Shown here: one piece after another, positions 14,961-28,000 of the stretch
Numbering within the stretch: position 1 is the first letter of the stretch
Layout: the number at the start of each line of letters is the position of its first letter
NCBI RefSeq assembly: GCF_018977255.1
Contig: NW_024704743.1
Coordinates: 47,184,001-47,248,000, forward strand
Source of the DNA: Callorhinchus milii
Lineage: Eukaryota
Reading direction: 5' to 3'
DNA length: 64,000 nt
Notes under the pieces: model-generated
The model's database searches: none
Seen by the model: the letters and a program-made list of their open reading frames with translations, nothing else
Told to the model about the DNA's origin: nothing
Translations under genes and position numbers: made by a program

Positions 14961-16528
14961 CCAACTTTAATGCACATCAATGGACATTCTTTGCCTGCCA
15001 TTTTTTTCCATCTTCCCACATGTTTTCCTGTCAGTTTAGATTAGATTTGACTTGAGACAGAACCCTTTGTTGCAGTCATAAGCTATTACTATCAAACCGA
15101 TAAAAAGAAACAATAAAATAAATGTTATAGAGAGCTAGTCTTAAATAAACAAAAGGTCTGCAAAATAGTTTAAAAGAGCAAGCAAAAANTGCATTTTCAT
15201 TACAGCAGGAAAAAAAGTTGCAGCGATCCGTAGAAAGGAAATATTCATATTGTTGCTAAGAAAACATACAGCATATACATGGCAGCAGCATTGCTGTATT
15301 GTATGTAACTGGAGTTTGGTGCTCTGCAACACAAACTGCTGCACTTCAATTGCACAGCGAAATGATCCCTTTAATCAGGTCTGCATTCATCCCAGCAACA
15401 AACCTTGGTAAATCCCAACTATGAATGATCAGGGAATAATTACGATAAGGATTATTTCATGTGTTTAAGGTGTTGTTTTCACCTTCCCAAACAACAGAAT
15501 CACTGATTAATCACTGGGATGTTGCAGCTTGTGTTAATCGGAGCAGGATCTTCACCGACAAGAACACATGACACAGCTTTTATGGGGATTTCAATGCATT
15601 GCTTTTCTAAGATACTTTAAATGTAACAATAAAGACGAGGTAGTATATTGTGTGAAACTACCATTCTGTGTCTGTGGGATTTGAAACCCTGCCAAGCCTA
15701 AATAAAATTGTCACGGAGCTTGGTATTTTATACCCAATGCTTCAGTGATTAGAGTTGGGGCTTCTCAAATCAGGAGGACAAAACCAGTATTCCGTTTATA
15801 TTAACAAATTTAAAATATGGACTTCTCGAAACAACTTTAAAATATTTAATGGACACAAGCATATATTTTGACGACACCCCAAAGCCTTAAATTAAATCAG
15901 AGTTGTAATATACTTACAGCTTGAGCAGAGGAACAAGCTGACCCACTTGTTTGTTACAAATCCCTCCAAGGTGCAACTCTCCTGCCTGCTCAAACACCTA
16001 GTGTTTTATTCCCTTGTGAGCGTACTCTCACATTCACACAATACACATTCATATAGCCGATGAGTCTTCATGTAAATCAGGCCTCCTTCTGACAACAACA
16101 ACAACAAAATTACAATTGTATATCGCCTTTACGTCAGGAGGATGTCCCAAGGCGCTGGACAATCAGTGTTTCGGACCCGATCTGAACCATTCAAGGATAG
16201 AACCATGAAGCTTCCCAACAACATCCTTAAACAGTTCCTGCTACCTGTGGGGTGTAAATGTCCGAAACATTACCATGCAAACAACAAAGGCAAAATTTAT
16301 CAGACATCAGTCTCCATTCAGACATAACAAACATCAGTCCCCATTCAAACGAGTTTGCAGTTTCCCTGGTCATGATGTCACCACCGCCACCAAATACATT
16401 CAGACATTCCAAACTAGCAAAAGGTGAATGTGAACTCCCAGCACAAAACTGCCTGTACACTTAGTATTAACTAAACCTCCACTGAAAATTTCACGCAAAA
16501 CTGCAACATTGATTATATGGTGGAACCT

Positions 16529-16982
16529 TGTGTGCAGTTTTGGTCTCCTTATTAATACTGTGTGCAGTTTTGGTCTCCTTATTTAAAGAAGGATGTACTT
16601 GCCTTGGAGGGAGTGCAGCGTAGATTTACTAGGTTAGGACCAGGGATGAAGGGGATGAGTTGCGAGAATAGGCTGACCAATTTGGGCCTATATTCTCTAG
16701 AATATAGAAGAATTAGAGGGGATCTTATACAAACCTATAAGATCATCAAAGGGCATGATAGAGTAGATAGCGGGAGATTGGAACTCGCTACCCCAAAGGG
16801 CTGTTGACGCTCAGTCCTTGAACATATTCAAGACTGAGATAGATAGATTTATTATTGCAAAAGCGATTAAAGGATATGGGGATAAGGCAGGGTTAGGTTA
16901 TTAGCTGGAGTTAGATTAGAAGATCAGCCATGACTGAATGGCGGGGCAGGCTCGAAGGGCCGAATGGCCTACTCCTGCTCCT
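16529..16982 (+). mobile_element. CR1 LINE 3' fragment
   Basis: VQFWSPYLKKDVLALEGVQRRFTR and RGDLIQTYKII peptides; 3' end GAAGGGCCGAATGGCCTACTCCTGCTCCT. Confidence 0.92.
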
Positions 16983-17299
16983 GGAGTCCTGTAGCTCAGT
17001 GGTTAGACCACTCGCTATGCAAGCGAGAGACCCGAGTTCAATTCCAGGCAGGGCGAAACCTTGGGCAAGTTTCCTTACTCCACACACCTAATAATAATCC
17101 CTCCAAAACCAAAAACAATAATAAATTGTTCATTTTCAATCTACGACTATTTGTGGGACATTGCTGTGCGCAATTGGCTGCCGCGTTCGCCCACAAATAT
17201 ACAGTCAATTCACTTTACAGTGTGTTCTGTAAAGCGCTTTGGGACGTCCTCCTGACGTGAAAAGCGCTATATCAAAAATGCAAGGATTATTTATTATTA
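16983..17299 (+). mobile_element. Young tRNA-Ala-derived SINE with Deu-like body and L2-type tail, full length
   Basis: A box TAGCTCAGTGG, B box GAGTTCAATTCC, L2-like 3' stem-loop, (ATT)n tail. Inserted in the 3' tail of a CR1. Confidence 0.9.
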
Positions 17300-17649
17300 C
17301 ATGTTATGTTACTATCCGTGAATACAATTATCTACCAATCACCAGGAGAGTGGACAATCCACTCAGTATTTACTTCCCAGATTCAGCTCCTGACTCCTAT
17401 ATTAAAAGTAATCCCAGAACAATCCACTAGGGGTTAACCAAGAGAGTGGAACAAGAGGACATAGGTTTATAGTTGCAAGGGAATTTCAAGACAGATAACA
17501 GGTTGCTACAAAGTGTTGGTTGAGGGCCAGGGCACTGAAGTAATTTAAAAAGCTTCTTGATGCTGTAATGGGGGTGGCAAGGTAGGTTTTCTGGAGGGAT
17601 GGGACTGGGTGGGCCAAAGGGTCTTCTTCATCAAAACAAATCTTGTGAG

Positions 17650-17800
17650 CTCTTGCCTCCAGGTTCAGCTCCTTCTTCCAGAATTCTGATCCCCAGCTCC
17701 AGAATTCAGCTCCTATCTCTCGGATTTAAGTCTTGCCTCCCAAATTCAGCCACTCCTCCAGGAATCATCTCCTGCCTTTCCTGGATTCAGCATCAATTAC
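17650..17800. repeat. Degenerate about 20-bp tandem repeat (CTCCTGCCTCCCAGATTCAG-like)
   Basis: About 7 diverged units visible. Confidence 0.6.
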
Positions 17801-18910
17801 TCTCCAATTTAGTTTCTCTTCTGGGGATTCCCTACACATATGGCAGGTATCCAAATGTCCATTGGGAAATGCAAATATCGTCTGAGATTATTGTCATCTA
17901 AAGTTTCTGCCTGGCCACCAGCAAGAGCCACCATGGCACGCATATTCACACATACTCATTATGTTGTAGGATATCCTGTGAAGTGCTTCAGGACAACCTC
18001 CTGAGTTTGTCAGGCGCTATATGAAATGATAGGATTATTATAAATAGTTTTCTCCAGGGATTTCCCTGTATGTCATGTAGAATCATGAGATCCCAGTTCT
18101 TATTGGAGCTAAAGTCTCCCAAATCTCTGTGTTCCTGTGCCGAAACTGCTGATTTTGCCTGTGGAAGCCAGCGCACTTTGTGGTTGCCGGGAATAAAATG
18201 CACTGCTGCTGCAATGTGGACTCAGATTAATCCCTGTGTCCTAATGGACCTGATGTTGATAATTCAGCAAAGAGTAAAATAAGATTCCATTTCCCAATGC
18301 ACTGACATTCCTGAACGTTACGCAGGATTAGAAAGTGTCGCTCCAAAAAATCAATAGTGGAAGAACATATGGGAGAAGGGAGAAAATCAGAACTGTCATA
18401 GGGTTACTGTTGTCTGGCAACGATTGTTTAACCTTGAATTAATCAATGGCGAGGGATTAGGCATTCAGCCGCCCAGTCAAAACTCATTCTGAGCCCGAAG
18501 CCACTTGTTAACCAGTGGTGGCGGTGAGGAGAGGAGGGGTTGTGCAGATTACATCACACCGGTCGATGCCTGGTGAAGTGATGCAGTTTTTGTGAATATA
18601 TTGTTTAACCAGGAAGTAATTTCCAGGGTGTTACCATAACCTCAGCTCATTCAAGCATGAAGCAGTTTTCAATCTGTTTAATGTGTTTCCAAACCCAGCT
18701 GGAATGTGCAGCATAGAAATGACTGATTATGGGACACAGATTATACCATTTATTTTCTTCCTTCCATTCAATTCTACATGTGGAGGTTTTTTTTTTCCTG
18801 GTTAGCCTGACACATGTAGAAACCTGTCACCATGCTTTAAGAGTACTCAAGGTCGAGAGTTCCACATAATATATGCTACCTATACATGGAAATTTCTCTG
18901 TGTCTAAAAT

Positions 18911-19350
18911 ATAATACAATACAAAATTACATTTCTATAGCGCCTTTCACGTCATGACATCCCAAGGCACTTGACAGTCAGGAATTTTGACCCGAGCAGG
19001 GGGGTTGGGATCAGGGAAGGTGGAGGGCAGGGAGGGTAGGAGGGTGGCCAAAGGTGTGGTCTAAGAGGAATGTCTTGAGACATACCCGCAGGAGGCACGG
19101 GAGGGAGCATGGTGAAGGGAATGTGGGATGGAGTTCCTAAGGGTGGGGGTAGAGAGGCTGAAGACCTGGTGGTGGGGTGGGCCAGACGGGGGACGTGGAT
19201 CAGTCCATTCCCCTGCTGAGCGGAGGGAATGGACAGATTCATATGGGTTTAGCAGGTCACAGATGTAGGAAGGAGCAAGGCTGTGGAGGGCCTTGAAGGC
19301 AAGGATGAGGATTTTGAAATCAATCCTCTGGGGTTTGGGGAGCCAGTGGA
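18911..19350 (-). mobile_element. L2 3' fragment inserted in a family-C copy
   Basis: Reverse-complement similarity to the L2 3' region; flanking GTCTA(A/G)AAT repeats at 18902 and 19356. Confidence 0.85.
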
Positions 19351-20179
19351 ATCTAGTCTAGAATGGAACGTGCACTCGAGGGAGATGCACCCTGCTTACC
19401 TATTAGTACTTTTGGAGACAGCTCAATACGAAAGAGACCCCACTTATCTCCTCCCCCACCAGGAGGATAGTGATGTGGAGTATTCCCAATATCTGCCAGG
19501 ATGAGGATCCAAATTAATTCTGCCTCTACAGCTTTCTAGGACAGTACATTCCACATCATCAAACCCACTGCTTTCCTAATACTATATAAAGTTGTAGCAA
19601 AATTATTACTGTGCTCAATAATGAGTGTAAATTAGATGTCAATATTTTCTTCACTTTGAAACACTCACTTTATTAAAAGTTGATAATTTTGTTTTGAACT
19701 TTATAACACATGATTTATATTTGTGCCGCCTGGTCATGTTGCATGGAATTTATGTTTTGCTACAAAGAAATTTCTCGCTTATATCATACATGTGTGATAT
19801 TAGGTTACAAGTCTAAAAGCGGCAATCTCTTTCAGAGGAACCCCAGAATAATTTATTAAGCATTAAAAGTGTTACTCTGGGATGGTCTCCGGGGCACTAT
19901 TAAAAAAAGAAACGGGAGCTTTGCTCTCCATTTAACTGAGCCTGATCTAGGAGTGTTTAATGCTAACATCTAATGCTTGAATTGTGGTGAGTTTCACAGC
20001 ATTAGCATCACTCACTTTGATAGAAAAAGGTCATCAATAATATAAAACATAAAAGCTGCCAGCAGTAACACTAATCAAAACTCTAGATGAGCATATAACC
20101 AAAAACCATAGGGCATGCACATGGACTGGTGAATGATAAATTAAGTTTAATTCAGATAAATGCAAGGTATTGCATATAT

Positions 20180-20400
20180 CCGTCCTTTGGATGAGACGTT
20201 AAGCCGAGGTCCCATCCAGCTGTTTGGTGGATATTAAAGATCCCATGGCACTATTCAAAAAGAGAAGGGAGTTCAAGCAAACAATTCCTCAAATAAAATT
20301 GGTCATTCACTTCATGGCTGTTTGTCGAGCATTGCTGTCAGTGCCTTAGGACGTACTTCCTACATGAAAGGCGCTATATAAATGTAATTTCTTGTTGTTG
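20180..20400 (+). mobile_element. Older Deu-domain SINE fragment between CR1 remnants
   Basis: CTTTGGATGAGACGTTAAGCCGAGG core; CR1-like sequence on both sides. Confidence 0.75.
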
Positions 20401-21338
20401 CTGTTCTTGTGTGATATATTTCTTTACCCAGAGGTTAATTAACAACCAGAATGGATTTCCAAACAGAGTGCCTGAGTTCAAGGCACTGAACTCATTAAAA
20501 AATTGTTAATACTTATAATACAAAGGTAGTAGGATGAGATAAAATGCGCCAAAGGGTCTCCTTCACCTGAATCTCGCTTGAGGTTTGGATAGACAACTGG
20601 TCTTGTAAAAAACATTTACCGTGAACCTGCAAATTGGTCTCCAAAATATGTTAATGTATCACCTCTGGTATTCAAATTTCAACTGATTTTGAAGAAAGTG
20701 CTAGAGAAAAGCATTTGCATAATCTTGCTCACTGCAGTGTAAAATTCTTAGACAAAGAAGCTTTTCTGGGAAGGTCCATAAGTACCTTATAGAATTGAAC
20801 ACTGCAGTAATTCCTCTCTTGTTAACTCCTGAAACTCAGTAGCTGACAGGTCCTCGAATATGGCATAACATAGCATGAGACGCAATGGTCTATCCTAGAA
20901 AAAACATTAGCTAAAATCAAGCCCTTAGACTTTAGCACATTGCTGTCGTCACCATCTACAGTAATTGACTTGACGTGCTGTCTGCAACAGCTTTCAGCTT
21001 CAGTTTTCAAATCAATTACTTAGGGAGTCTAGCAGAAAGAGACACATCACTTCAACTGAATGCTAGTGCATGCTTCTAAATGACAGTGAGTGAAATTACA
21101 TATATAATACTTGTGGAAGCCAATTTAGTTAGAGATTTTCAACCTCAGGACCCCTTTCAATATGGAAATGCTCCCATAGAGTTATGATCAATTCAGCAGT
21201 GCTTTTTTTTCCTAGTTGTTTAAAAAGTAAATACTGATGACCTTATCAGGGCGTGAACTTGGAAGAGCTGCTGAAATTATGGCATAGCTGAATTAACCTT
21301 TGGTTAGCGACAGTATGTCACCGGATGTTAAATCAGAT

Positions 21339-21590
21339 GGCAGAAATTCCACCTGGGTCTACATTTACTTCATTAACGTAGCATTTTGGAGTGTGTAGAA
21401 TTTGGAAAATTGTTCAATTTAGTTTTAACTTTGAAACTTGTTCTGAAATTAACTTACAGAAATTGGGCTGAAAAAAAATGTTTAAGAAAGTGTATTTAAG
21501 AATGTATGTAAGAATGTGACACTTTCTGGATCCTCAGATATGGTACGCTATGTTAATATAGCAAATCTAGCTCAGGTGGATTTTTACCCC
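21339..21590. mobile_element. MITE-like element with about 45-bp degenerate terminal inverted repeats
   Basis: Left GGCAGAAATTCCACCTGGGTCTACATTTACTTCATTAACGTAGC versus reverse-complemented right GGTAAAAATCCACCTGAGCTAGATTTGCTATATTAACATAGC. Confidence 0.65.
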
Positions 21591-21749
21591 AGCTTTTTAA
21601 ATTAGTCTATGAAGGACTCAATTTAAAAGTTAAATTATGTTTAGCGATTGAAAAGCTACACTTATTCAAAATATTTTTGACAATTTTTTCCTCCTCTGCC
21701 TTTCCTGAAGCCACTGACTCATGCTGAGGTAGAGATTCATGAACACTAG

Positions 21750-22220
21750 GGATAGGGAGTCATCCCACTCAGTTCCTGTTAACCCTGCAAGTCAAAGTCC
21801 AAATGGTAGGGTGGTCCTAGCTGGACAAGCAGCAGGAAAGTTTACCAGACAGCAATATCAATGGCAAGCTAGATTATTTTAGCTGGTTAGACTCCAGCAG
21901 TATCCTAATGCACACTCTGGGGTCCCCAAAACTTGGCTCCTACCAACCTGCACCTCATGCTTTCCAGAATTAGGTAAACAGGATGGGTCCCTCCAGGGAG
22001 AGAGTGCACATTCCATTCCAACAATCTATCTCTGGGATTTCCATGTGTAGGTGGGATATATGGAAATTTCAGCTTTGTTTTGGATTTCGGCGCCTTGGAA
22101 CGTCCTCCCGACGTGAAAGGCACTCTATAAATGCAATCTTGTTGTTGTTGTTGTGGATACGCTTAAGCATGGTGATGGGTTTCCGCATATGTCAAACACC
22201 AGGCTGACCAAACAAAAACA
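21750..22220 (+). mobile_element. Unclassified retroposon 'family C' copy with A-rich tail and about 24-bp TSD
   Basis: Ends ...CACCAGGCTGACC-AAACAAAAACA. Flanked by GAGGTAGAGATTCATGAACACTAG (21726) and GAGGTAGAGATCCTTGAATGCTAG (22221), 20/24 identical. Confidence 0.7.
22086..22153 (+). mobile_element. 68-bp L2 3'-tail insertion
   Basis: L2 stem-loop plus (TTG)n, flanked by TGGAT TSD (22081-22085, 22154-22158). Confidence 0.85.
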
Positions 22221-23384
22221 GAGGTAGAGATCCTTGAATGCTAGTAACCTATTAGTACCACGGCCAAGAGGCCATTCTTCCTGTGGCAGCCTAGTGAATA
22301 TCAGTAGGCCTTTTGACTATGGGATATATCAAGACACAATTTTGTCCTCAAAATGAACCCACATGAAATTTCCAACAGGGGTTACTGGATAAGTATTAGG
22401 AGCACAAACTCTGGCTATGATTTCTCACCTCCCTAGCCCAGAAGGTGCCAGTTTTAACACTGCTGTCCTGACCGAGGTCATCGGCTAACTCAGCAAACCT
22501 CAATCTGTAACCTTCTGGGCTGTACGGCTCAATAGTCCACCAAGTGCAGCCTGATGATACTCACTAGCCATACTCACACCTGAAGAATGATCATTTGATC
22601 GTGGTCTGGTATTTCAACCTGGATATGAAAGTGTTCCCTAACAATGTCTGTGGTCTTTACGTCACGAAAGTCACAAATGACTTAGCCTTTTTCTCTTTTA
22701 CAGAAGTGTTTTTCTATATTTAAGACACTGCCAAGCCACTTCACACAAATGTATGAAAAGGAACAGGGCTGCATACATAAGGGAGAAGAGAACAGAGGGG
22801 TATGAGGGGAGGCGAGGGAGGAGGGAATTAGGATTCGTGAAGACTTTTCTGGAGTAAATAGGCAAAAGACCTGTGTTGCTGATTCAATATAATTGTACAA
22901 AATCAAACGAATTTTTATTTGTGATAACAGCTTCAACAGAACTATTTCCTCAAGCCCCAGAAATGTGCACATCTTCCAGAGTGAAATTCAGTCAGTATCA
23001 AAAGCTCCAAGAAACATTCTTTCAAATAAATAAAAAAATGACTAATGTGCTAACAGTCAAAACCAATCCTGTCCAAAGACCTTAAAACCTCTTGAATTAA
23101 GAAAGGATTCCCAGGCAACTGAGAGTCTGAACTGCTAACCTTCAAGCTGTTGCTGTTATGTACCTGTCACTGCAGGTTTTTTAACAGTAATATGCTGACA
23201 GTAGAAAAGAACTATCTGTAGAGCAGCACATTGTAAGACTCAAATTGTGAGTATTATAGATAAAAACTTTTTTTCAGAATGCTAGACCTCAAATTAGTGA
23301 CAGGTTTCACCACCAAGTGGTTATTTCTAAAGTACCTGCTCATTCCCAAATGGCAAATACAGGTAACCACTCTGGGTCCATGTA

Positions 23385-23680
23385 ATAACGATCCTTGAAT
23401 TTGATACAACACTTCTCCCAATGGGAGGATGTCTCAAAGCACTTCACAGGATTTACAGTAATAACCGGAATACTGTACATTTATAGGCAAATGTGGCTGC
23501 AAATTTGCGCACAGCAATGTCTGTCAAACACCCATGTAGTTTGTGACCAATTTTATCTGGGGGATTGTTGCCAGGACACCAGTGTACCCTTCTCTTTTTG
23601 ATTAATGCAATGGGATTTTAATGGACCGACAGGACCTCATCATCAAATCTAATCTGAAAGACGACCCTTTCAAAAACACA
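23385..23680 (-). mobile_element. Older Deu-domain SINE fragment
   Basis: Reverse complement of the core and tail. Confidence 0.7.
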
Positions 23681-24368
23681 TTCAATCTCATCCTTCCACT
23701 TCTAAAAAGACAATTCTAAGCATCTATGAAAGCCTGCAATTTTAAGGAACTGTTGCTATCTCTACCTGGCCATCTGCCGAAATGGATAATTCACGAGAGA
23801 TTTGGATGAAAAAGTTCCTTTGGTCCATTATCTTTCTCTCTACTTCTGATTGCTACATCATTTTTTTTTAAATGAATATTCAAGTGTTCTGGTCTCTTCC
23901 ACCCTTCCTGGTGGCCTGTTCCAGCTATTGATTATTCTCTGCATGAAAGCAAGCTTCCTGCTATCTATCCGAAACTTACCTTTTACAACCTTCAAGCTCA
24001 CCAACTGAGTTGACATATCTCAAAGCATTGCTCTGTTTATTTCTTTATCCAGTGTAGCATCTTATATAGCTCTACAAGATCATCTGTGAGACAGATCCTA
24101 GTATGTGGTTTCAAAGTGTCACCCACTGAACCATAATGATAATACACCTTATCTGAACCAAAACATCTAGGGGAAGCACTAAACAGAGAATTGCTTCCTC
24201 CTCAGGTGGAAGGGAAGTTTGAAAGTTCATCCACACCACTCCTCCACACATTCTACTATCGGTCCAGGAGTGATATTGGACAGCAGCCTATTTGCTTGTT
24301 GTCTTGGTAACAAAACTATGCTAGATATGCCAGCGTGAGATAGCATTTCACTATTGTGTTTGAAATTG

Positions 24369-24685
24369 ACAACAACAACAAATTGCATTAATACAGCACC
24401 TTTCACGGCTGGAGGGTGTCCCAAGGCCCTGGACAGTGAAGGCTTTGCACCCAATCTGGGGGTTGGAGTTAAGAGAGATGCAGAACAGGTAGAGGGGGGT
24501 AGGGGAGGTTATGGGGAGAAAGTGGGATGATGACCAAAGCACAATCAAAGAGGAAGATCTTGAGACAGGCCTTGAAGGAGGCAAGGGAGGGGGTGAAGCA
24601 GCAGGGCTCCAGGATGGAGTTCCAGAGGATAGAGGCAGAAAGGTTCACCGATGATGAAGCAGGCAGGGTGGGGGACATGGAGCAA
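24369..24685 (-). mobile_element. L2 3' fragment
   Basis: LWNSI...SLASFKACLKIFLFD peptide and tail. Confidence 0.85.
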
Positions 24686-25059
24686 GTATTTTATGGTTTA
24701 CAAAGAAAACGTTTAAAAATTGCAGGGAATATTTTGCAAGATCACAGCAGAGATTTAGATGCAAAAGATCTTTTGGCATGTTTCATAGAATCATAGGATT
24801 ATACAGCACAGCATGAGGCCATTCAGGCCATCATGTCTGTGCCGGCTCTTTGAAAGGAGCTATTCAAATCAATCGCACTCCCCCGCTCTCTCTCCATAGC
24901 CATGCAAACTTGTCCTTCCCTATCAGTTTGTTCCTATCATTCCAAATTAGCCACCACATCGGTTTTGAATTACTGCATCAATCTGTTTCTTAAATGGGTC
25001 CAGTGTCCTGGCCTCAACCACCATTAATGGCAACCTATTTCAGCTGTTAATTTAAACAG

Positions 25060-28000
25060 GCAGGACAGCGTGGGGAGGAGCCTGGGCCTACTGACCCAGG
25101 TACTTAAACTCGGCGCTGGAGCGAGTTCAGCACCGGGGTTGGGCGGTGTGGGGGCGGAGCGGGGGAACCGCTGATGTCATAGATTAGTTTTCAGGTGCGT
25201 GCGCGCGCAAAAAAAAAAAAAAAAAAAAAACCTCTGCGCCCCCCCCCCCCCCTCCAGGGCTCACATCAGAGCCCACTATGGTCCTGTTGCGTTTGCTGCC
25301 CCAATCTACGGGATAATGCCATCCACCTGACCGCTCGCTCCCGGTCCCCGCGTGCGCACTATGGCTGCCGCTTTGACCCGAGCCCCCTCACCCTCTCCCT
25401 CCCTCCCCCCTCCTCTCTCCCCCCAAACCCTCCCCCCTCTGCATCTCTCCCGCTCTCTCCTCCTCTCTCTCCGTCCCTCTCGTCTTCTATCCCCACTTGA
25501 CCCTCCCACAACCTCCCTCTGTTCCAGCCTGGGAATCCTCCGCCGGGCTCACCGTGGCACTCGGCGTTGGCTGTCCAGCAGCAGCCACACCGACTGCCCC
25601 ATTCCCCACCACACTCGCCACCCACCCCGGACACAGACCCGGGGAGTCAACCTCTCCTCCCTCATCCCCATTCCCCCCACCCCTGCCTCACAACCTGGAC
25701 CCCCCTCCCCTCCCACACACCCTTCTGTCAACCGCTCCCTCCACATCGGACTGCAAAATGTCCGCTCCCTCTGCAACAAGGCCCTGGTCATCAACGATCT
25801 CATCCTTGACATCATGGCCTTAACAGAAACCTGGCTCACCCCAGGCGACACCTTCCCCCTCACGGAGGCCACGCCACCCGGCTACACCTCCCACCACATC
25901 CCCCGCCCCAACCGCCGTGGCGGTGGTGTTGCCCTTATCTCAAGGACACCACTTGCCCTATCCCCTACTCCACTGGCTCTTTCCCCTCCTTTGAGCACCT
26001 CACCCTCTCCCACCCCTCATTCCTCTCCCTTAAAATCCTCCTCCTCTACCGGCCCCCTAAAACCTCTCCCACCTTCATCTCTGACATTTCAACACTCCTC
26101 ACATCTCTTTGCCTCTGCTCTGATCGCCTCATCATCCTGGGCGACTTTAACCTACACTTCACCCCCTCCTGCTCCATCTCCACAGACTTCTCTTCCCTGC
26201 TCTCCTCACTCAACCTCTCCTTACACATAAACTCCCCCACTCACAGTCACGGCCACCCACTCGATTTGGTGATCACCCGGGGCCTCAGTGTCTCGGATGT
26301 CACTATTACCGACAAGGCCATCTCTGACCACTACTTCATCTCCTTCACCACCTCCACCCCCCTCCCCACCTCCACCAGACCCACCACCATCTTCTACCGC
26401 CCTTGGAAGAAGTTACCCCCACAATCCCTAACCGATGCCTTGGAGTCCTCTGAACTCCTCTCCCTCTGGCCTTCAACCCTCACCGACCCCTCTTCTCCTC
26501 TCTCCCTCCTCCACAATACCCTCTCCTCCACACTCGATACTCTTGCCCCCATCACTTCCCGCACTGTCTCCTACTCCCGCTCCTCCCCCTGGTACACCAC
26601 CCACCTCCGCTCACTGAAAAGCCAGGTGCGGGCTGCTGAACGCACCTGTGTCAAATCTGGCCTAACGGTCCACCGACAAATCTGGCTGGACCTCCTCAAA
26701 ATTTACCGCTCCACTCTAGCCTCGGCCAAGTCGTCCTTCTACTCCAGGATAATCCTGGAGGCGAAGAACAACCCCAGGCTACTGTTTTCCACCACAACCC
26801 GACTCCTCCGTCCCCCCCGCCACCCCGCGCAGGTCATCTCCTCCAACCTTCACTGCGAGGAGATGCTGGATTTCCTTGAATCCAAGATCAAGGGAATCCG
26901 CTCCGCGGTCACTTCCCCTCCAACATCCACCAACCCCCCACCCCCTCCCTCCCACACTCCGACTCCTACCCATCCTCCCCTACACACTTTCGTACCCGTT
27001 TCCCCACCCTCTGTCACTGAACTCATCCTATCCCTAAAACCAACCACCTGCTCCCTTGACCCCATCCCCACTCCACTCCTTATCTCCCAGCTCCACTTTC
27101 TTGCCCCACATATCACTGACATCATCAACCTGTCCCTCTCCTCTGGCTCTGTCCCCATTCCCTTAAAAACTGCCACCATCACGCCCACCCTGAAAAAACC
27201 CTCCCTTGATGCGTCGCAGCTATCAAGCTACCGGCCCATCTCCAACCTCCCCTTTCTCTCCAAGGTCCTGGAAAGAGTTGTCGCCTCCCAACTGCGCTCT
27301 TTCCTTTCCACCCATTCTCTTTTCGAACCCCTTCAGTCAGGTTTCCGTGCTGCCCATAGCACAGAAACTGCCCTGGTCAAGGTCACCAATGATATCCTGA
27401 CCATCTGTGACCAGGGCTCCCTCTGCCTCCTCGTCCTCCTCGACCTATCGGCAGCATTCGATACGGTCGACCACGCTATCCTACTCCACCGCTTGTCCTC
27501 CCACCTCAACCTTCAAGGCACTGTCCTTGAATGGTTTAGGTCGTACCTTTCTCACCGTCTTCACTTTGTCTCGACGAATGGCTTCTCCTCCACCCCCCGT
27601 ACTGTCTCATGTGGTGTCCCTCAGGGCTCTGTCCTCGGTCCCCTCCTCTTCACCCTCTATATGCTCCCCCTTGGTGACATCATCCGCAGACATGGAGTTA
27701 ACTTCCACATGTATGCGGATGACACCCAACTCTACCTTTCCTCCTCTACTCTCAACTCCACGACCACCGATGTCCTGACAGCCTGCCTGTCCGACATCGA
27801 GTCCTGGACGAGAGACAACTTTCTTCAGCTCAACGTGCGAAAAACCGAGGCCCTCCTGATTGGCTCACGTCAGCGCCTCCGCACCTCAGGCGCCGACACC
27901 ATCAGCATCCAAGGCTGCACTCTCCACCTCTCAAAGCCAGTCAGGAACCTCGGCGTTTTGTTCGACCCTGAGCTGTCCTTTCTCCCTCACATCCGCACCA

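Noticed and set aside
15913..16000. Possible minus-strand cassette exon ending in GTAAGT
   Set aside because: The acceptor lacks a polypyrimidine tract and there is no recognisable peptide.
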